A program made the translations under genes and the position numbers. A DNA stretch of 32,000 nucleotides from Geobacter sulfurreducens PCA (GTDB lineage Bacteria > Desulfobacterota > Desulfuromonadia > Geobacterales > Geobacteraceae). The stretch covers positions 3,030,001 to 3,062,000 of the forward strand of contig NC_002939.5 in the NCBI RefSeq assembly GCF_000007985.2. The letters are read 5' to 3'. Under the pieces are notes generated by a model. It was not told the DNA's origin. It searched no databases and was given only the letters and a program-made list of their open reading frames with translations. Shown here piece after piece: positions 28,107-32,000 of the stretch (the stretch's first letter is position 1; each line of letters opens with the position of its first letter).

Positions 28107-28664
28107 ATGTACCGGATCGGCCAACTGGCGCGACAGTTCGGGCTGTCGCGCAGCACCCTGCTCTACTATGACCGGATCGGCCTGCTTTCGCCCTCGGGCA
28201 GGAGCGAGTCCAACTATCGCCGTTATTCGCCCGCCGACCGGGACCGGCTCGAAACCATCTGTTCCCTGCGCCGGGCCGGAGTGGATATCCGGGGAATCCA
28301 GGCCATTCTGGCTTCGGCCGGCGACGGCGCCACCGACGTGCTGCACCGCCGCCTTCTTGAAATCAACCGGGAGATCGGCGCGCTGCAGATGAAACAACGG
28401 ATGCTGGCGGGGATGCTCCGCCTGAAGGGTGAAGGGGGCCCCCGCACGGCAGTGGACAAGGAGATGTTCGTGGCGATGCTCCGGGCCGCCGGCATGGACG
28501 ATGCCGCCATGAAGCGGCTCCACACCGAATTCGAGCAGCACAGCCCCGAGGCCCACCATCAGTTTTTGCTCTCCCTGGGCATCCCGGAGCACGAGGCGCT
28601 CAGCATCCGGGCCTGGTCGGCCGGAGGGGAAGAACCGGGGACGCCCCCTGCCGCGGAGCGGTGA
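28107..28664 (+). CDS. MerR-family transcriptional regulator with an uncharacterised C-terminal domain
   Basis: MYRIGQLARQFGLSRSTLLYYDRIGLLSPSGRSESNYRRYSPADRDRLETICSLRRAGV (MerR wHTH). Followed by a dimerisation helix (LLEINREIGALQMKQRML). GGAGG lies 5 nt before ATG 28107. Confidence 0.8.
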   Translation: MYRIGQLARQFGLSRSTLLYYDRIGLLSPSGRSESNYRRYSPADRDRLETICSLRRAGVDIRGIQAILASAGDGATDVLHRRLLEINREIGALQMKQRMLAGMLRLKGEGGPRTAVDKEMFVAMLRAAGMDDAAMKRLHTEFEQHSPEAHHQFLLSLGIPEHEALSIRAWSAGGEEPGTPPAAER

Positions 28665-28688
28665 ACCAGGGAAGGCGTCCCGGGCAAT

Positions 28689-28982
28689 CTAGCGGTTTTC
28701 CATGAGGTTCTTCAGGATCAGGTTCGCCTCCTTGAGCTTCTTGTCGAGGCGGTTCAGTTCGTCCGCGGTATAGACGGCCGTGCCCTTGGCGATCTCGGCC
28801 CGGAGCCGGGCGATCTTCTGCTGGAGGCTGTCGGTTTCGCGGGCGCAGTTCCGCACCAGCATCTCGCACTCTTTGGCGCACTGTTCGTCCATGGTCTTGT
28901 GGGCGGGCCCGTGCTCGACGGCCAGGGCGGGCATGACGGATAAAAGGGTAAGTGTGAGTGCCGTGGCGATTCGCTTGTTCAT
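28689..28982 (-). CDS. Small periplasmic helical protein, unknown function
   Basis: Start moved to ATG 28982 (AAGGAG upstream). Signal peptide MNKRIATALTLTLLSVMPALA/VE. Mature part CAKECEMLVRNC plus a coiled helix. Confidence 0.55.
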   Translation of the reverse strand: MNKRIATALTLTLLSVMPALAVEHGPAHKTMDEQCAKECEMLVRNCARETDSLQQKIARLRAEIAKGTAVYTADELNRLDKKLKEANLILKNLMENR

Positions 28983-29189
28983 CGTTGTTCTCCTTGCAGG
29001 GGGTGGTGATGCGACATCGTTGCCGCTGTCATAGTCCCCTTTTTCACAACCCGTACCAACGGCATACCAGTTGATAATACTGACATTTCGGGCCGACCAC
29101 CCGCCCGTACCGCCATTGAGTGCACAGTATTCCCCTACAGGTGGAGAATATTCTCGCACGCCCCGCCCGGCCGGAGGCGTAAAAGCATA

Positions 29190-29217
29190 TTGCATCGTTT
29201 GTTAAGGATGTTATAAC
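29190..29217 (+). promoter_or_regulatory. Candidate sigma70 promoter of the RND efflux operon
   Basis: TTGCAT (29190-29195), 16-nt spacer, TATAAC (29212-29217), 70 nt upstream of ATG 29287. Confidence 0.3.
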
Positions 29218-29222
29218 CATAG

Positions 29223-29261
29223 GGCGCCGTCCGACGCAGAAGGGACGGCGCCACCATTTTT
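29223..29261 (+). promoter_or_regulatory. GC-rich leader hairpin with a downstream U-run in the RND operon 5' leader
   Basis: GGCGCCGTCC (29223-29232), 10-nt loop, GGACGGCGCC (29243-29252), ACCA, TTTTT (29257-29261). Lies between the candidate promoter and the adaptor-gene start. Confidence 0.4.
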
Positions 29262-29286
29262 CATACCGGACGGAGTTGCCCATACC

Positions 29287-30405
29287 ATGAAAAAACGCAT
29301 CATCCTCACCATCATCGGCCTGGTGGCGGTCATTGCCGTGCTCGGCGGCATCAAAGCGCTGCAGATCGGCACCATGATCGATCACGGCAAGAAGTTCGTG
29401 CCGCCCCCCGAAACGGTTTCAACGGCACCGGTGAAGGCGGAGTCGTGGGAGACGGCCCTCACGTCGGTCGGCACACTGACCGCGGTGCAGGGGGTCACGG
29501 TGGCCGCCGAGCTGCCGGGCAAGGTGGTGCAGATCGCTTTCGAAGCGGGGGCGCCGGTGGCCAGGGGGGCCCTGCTCCTGCGCCAGGACACCAGCAACGA
29601 GGAGGCCCAGCTGCCGGGCGCCCTGGCCGAGGCGAAGCTGGCCCGCGCCAACCTGCGCCGCTCGGATCAGCTGCTGGCGGAGGGGATCATCGCCCAGGCC
29701 GACCACGACAGCGCCGTGGCCACGGCCAACCAGGCCCAGGCCCAGGTGGACAACATCCGGGCCACCATTGCCAAGAAGTCGATCCGTGCCCCCTTTTCTG
29801 GCCGCCTCGGCATCAGGCAGGTGAACCTGGGGCAGATCCTGCGGGAGGGGGACCCCATCGTGACGCTCCAGTCCATGGACCCGATCTTCGTGGACTTCAC
29901 CCTGCCCCAGCAGCAGTTGCCGCAGCTGCGCAAGGGGCTGACGGTGCGGGTGACCGGCGACGCCCTGCCCGGTGAGACCATCGAGGGACGGATCACCGCC
30001 ATCAATCCGGAGGTGGATGCCGAATCGCGCAACATCAAGGTCCAGGCCACGGTGGCCAACCGGGGGGAAAAGCTGCGCCCCGGCATGTTCGTGAACGTGG
30101 CGGTGGGGCTTCCCGTGCAGGAGAAGGTGCTCGCCATCCCGGCCACGGCGGTGCTCTACGCGCCCTACAGTGATTCGGTCTTCGTGGTGGAGGACGACAA
30201 GGACAAGAAGGGGAAGGTGCTGCGCCAGCAGTTCGTGCGCCTCGGCACCAAGCGGGGCGACTTCGTGGCGGTGACCAGCGGGCTCAAGGAGGGCGAGCAG
30301 GTGGTGAGCACCGGCGTCTTCAAGCTGCGCAACGGCCAGGCCGCGGTGGTGGACAACAAGCTCGCCCCCACGTTCCAGCAGGCACCGAATCCGGAGAATA
30401 ATTAG
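29287..30405 (+). CDS. RND efflux periplasmic adaptor (membrane fusion protein)
   Basis: 372 aa. N-terminal anchor MKKRIILTIIGLVAVIAVLGG. Barrel-sandwich/coiled-coil pattern (TAVQGVTVAAELPGKVVQI, LAEAKLARANLRRSDQL, IRAPFSGRLGIRQVNLGQ, ITAINPEVDAESRNIKVQA). Confidence 0.9.
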   Translation: MKKRIILTIIGLVAVIAVLGGIKALQIGTMIDHGKKFVPPPETVSTAPVKAESWETALTSVGTLTAVQGVTVAAELPGKVVQIAFEAGAPVARGALLLRQDTSNEEAQLPGALAEAKLARANLRRSDQLLAEGIIAQADHDSAVATANQAQAQVDNIRATIAKKSIRAPFSGRLGIRQVNLGQILREGDPIVTLQSMDPIFVDFTLPQQQLPQLRKGLTVRVTGDALPGETIEGRITAINPEVDAESRNIKVQATVANRGEKLRPGMFVNVAVGLPVQEKVLAIPATAVLYAPYSDSVFVVEDDKDKKGKVLRQQFVRLGTKRGDFVAVTSGLKEGEQVVSTGVFKLRNGQAAVVDNKLAPTFQQAPNPENN

Positions 30406-30478
30406 ACACCCCAAAAACTGCCAACGCTTCTAACTGCTTGTTACCATGACAAAACCTGACAACTCGACAGCTCATCTC

Positions 30479-30530
30479 ACCCCCCTGCCTTCGGCTTCCC
30501 CCCTATTGTATAGGGGGGACTGAGGGGGGT
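30479..30530. repeat. Nested palindromic element in the adaptor-pump spacer
   Basis: Inner perfect hairpin CCCCCCTAT tgt ATAGGGGGG (30498-30518). Outer pairing ACCCCCCT (30479-30486) with GGGGGGT (30524-30530). Small GCCttcgGC hairpin in between. Confidence 0.5.
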
Positions 30531-30581
30531 CGAATAGTCAATGCACTTGTTAGTATCTTGAACGAGGCTCCACATACCGCC

Positions 30582-32000
30582 ATGAACATTACCGACCTTT
30601 TTATCCGCCGCCCCGTGCTGGCCCTGGTGGTCAGCCTGATCATCGTCATCGCCGGCCTCCAGGCGATCCGCAGCCTGAACGTGCGCCAGTACCCCCGCAG
30701 CGAGAACGCGGCGGTGACCGTAACCACCGTGTACGTGGGGGCCAGCGCCGACCTGGTGCGGGGCTTCGTCACCACGCCGCTGGAACGGGCCATTGCCGCG
30801 GCAGACGGCATCGAGTACATGGAGTCCCAGAGTACCCTGGGGCTTTCCACCATCAAGGTGCGCCTGAAGCTGAACTACGACGGCACCAAGGCCCTGGCCG
30901 AGATCAGCTCCAAGGTGGACCAGGTGCGCCGCGACCTGCCGCCCGAGGCGGAGGTGCCGGTCATCAACATCGAGTCGGCCGACAGCGAGTTCGCTTCGGC
31001 CTACCTGAGCTTCTCCTCAGACATCCTCCAGCAGAACGAGATCACCGACTACCTGGTGCGGATCGTCCAGCCGCGGCTTTCGGCGATCCAGGGGGTGCAG
31101 CGGGCCGACGTGCTGGGGGCCCGCACCTTTGCCATGCGGATCTGGCTGAAGCCCGACCGGATGGCGGCCCTCAACGTGAGCCCGGCCCAGGTGCGCGAGG
31201 CCCTGGCGGCCAACAACTTCCTGGCCGCCCTGGGGCGGACCAAGGGGTCCCTGATCCAGGTGAACCTCACCGCCAACACCAACCTGAACACGGTGGAGGA
31301 GTTCCGGCAGCTGGTGGTGCGGCGCCAGGACGGCGCCCTGGTGCGGCTGTCCGACATCGCCGACGTGTCGCTGGGGGCCGAGGACTATGACGCCGAGGTC
31401 CGCTTCTCGGGCCAGACCGCCGTGTTCATGGGGATCTGGCCCCTGCCCAACGCCAACTCCCTCGACGTGATCAAGCGGGTAAGGACGGAGATGGCGGCCA
31501 TCCAGAGGGACCTCCCCTCGGGGCTTCAGGCCCGCGTGGCCTACGACGCCACCGATTACATCGACAACGCCATCCGGGAAGTGCTCAAGACCCTGAGCGA
31601 GACCCTGCTCATCGTCATCGTGGTGATTTTCCTCTTCCTGGGCTCCCTCCGCTCGTCCCTGGTGCCGGTGGTGGCGATCCCGGTGTCGCTCATCGGCGCC
31701 GTGTTCCTGATGCAGGCCTTCGGCTTCACCGTGAACCTGCTGACGCTCCTGGCCATCGTCCTGTCGGTGGGGCTCGTGGTGGACGACGCCATCGTGGTGG
31801 TGGAGAACGTGGAGCGGCACATGCGGGAGGGGCAGTCGCCCCTGGAAGCGGCGTTCCTCGGCGCCCGGGAGCTGGTGGGGCCCATCATCGCCATGACCAT
31901 CACCCTGGCCGCCGTCTACCTCCCCATCGGCCTCCAAGGGGGGCTGACCGGCTCCCTGTTCCGGGAGTTCGCCTTTACCCTGGCCGGGGCGGTGACCATT
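30582..32000 (+). CDS. RND (AcrB/MdtB-type) inner-membrane efflux pump, N-terminal 473 codons; runs off the window
   Basis: Absent from the ORF track because it is open to the window end. Hand translation from ATG 30582 gives MNITDLFIRRPVLALVVSLIIVIAGLQAIRSL.VRQYP...TLLIVIVVIFLFLGSLRSSLVPVVAIPVSLIGAVFLM..LSVGLVVDDAIVVVENVERH. Confidence 0.9.
   Translation, partial: MNITDLFIRRPVLALVVSLIIVIAGLQAIRSLNVRQYPRSENAAVTVTTVYVGASADLVRGFVTTPLERAIAAADGIEYMESQSTLGLSTIKVRLKLNYDGTKALAEISSKVDQVRRDLPPEAEVPVINIESADSEFASAYLSFSSDILQQNEITDYLVRIVQPRLSAIQGVQRADVLGARTFAMRIWLKPDRMAALNVSPAQVREALAANNFLAALGRTKGSLIQVNLTANTNLNTVEEFRQLVVRRQDGALVRLSDIADVSLGAEDYDAEVRFSGQTAVFMGIWPLPNANSLDVIKRVRTEMAAIQRDLPSGLQARVAYDATDYIDNAIREVLKTLSETLLIVIVVIFLFLGSLRSSLVPVVAIPVSLIGAVFLMQAFGFTVNLLTLLAIVLSVGLVVDDAIVVVENVERHMREGQSPLEAAFLGARELVGPIIAMTITLAAVYLPIGLQGGLTGSLFREFAFTLAGAVTI

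Noticed and set aside
30446-30523. 25-codon + strand ORF (MTKPDNSTAHLTPLPSASPLLYRGD) in the adaptor-pump spacer
   Set aside because: No SD. The ORF is largely made of the C6/G6 palindrome arms. More likely a structural repeat than coding sequence.

Overview
High-GC chromosomal segment (sampled lines mostly above 60 % G+C). The gene content suggests a Geobacter-type Desulfuromonadota genome: a small multihaem-style cytochrome, REC/Che parts, Kef, Glp and RND efflux. That taxonomic call is inference only. No rRNA, tRNA or CRISPR array was seen.

Core genes, left to right:
- a partial SBP-domain sensor histidine kinase (minus strand, runs off the left edge)
- a J-domain protein
- a same-strand array on the minus strand: kefF/G-like, kefC/B-like, a 1855-aa tandem-duplicated UvrA-like ATPase, a stand-alone REC, and a REC-less CheB methylesterase
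- glpK-glpD
- a DUF1003 membrane protein, a small STAS-like hypothetical, and a LOG-family nucleotide hydrolase
- a membrane-anchored di-haem cytochrome c
- a secreted metallophosphoesterase

From about 18.78 kb to about 26.2 kb the composition drops, marking an accessory island. It carries:
- an MBL-fold hydrolase preceded by a Val-rich mini-ORF and two terminator-like hairpins
- an orphan putative lipoprotein
- a RAYT/IS200-like HUH tyrosine transposase gene bracketed by 21-nt inverted repeats
- an IS5-family element with a TTAT target duplication
- a strongly AT-rich two-gene cassette (N-terminal TM plus coiled-coil protein, followed by an SDH/S49 ClpP-fold serine protease)
- a perfect 2 x 46-bp tandem repeat
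- a 5'-truncated, frameshifted second copy of the RAYT gene 3' end

High-GC genes resume to the right: two small exported proteins (one DUF2845), a LysE/ArgO exporter, a small protein paralogous to the C-terminal domain of the adjacent MerR regulator, a small periplasmic protein, and an RND adaptor plus a partial RND pump that runs off the right edge.

The best candidate for an undescribed system is the AT-rich TM/coiled-coil plus serine-protease cassette sandwiched between mobile-element copies. Other items worth a second look are a 178-nt rod-like hairpin (6S-like RNA or MITE) between kefF and glpD, the double UvrA, and the split REC/CheB.

All start-codon choices and repeat alignments were done by hand. 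Family calls rest on recognised motifs, not on searches.
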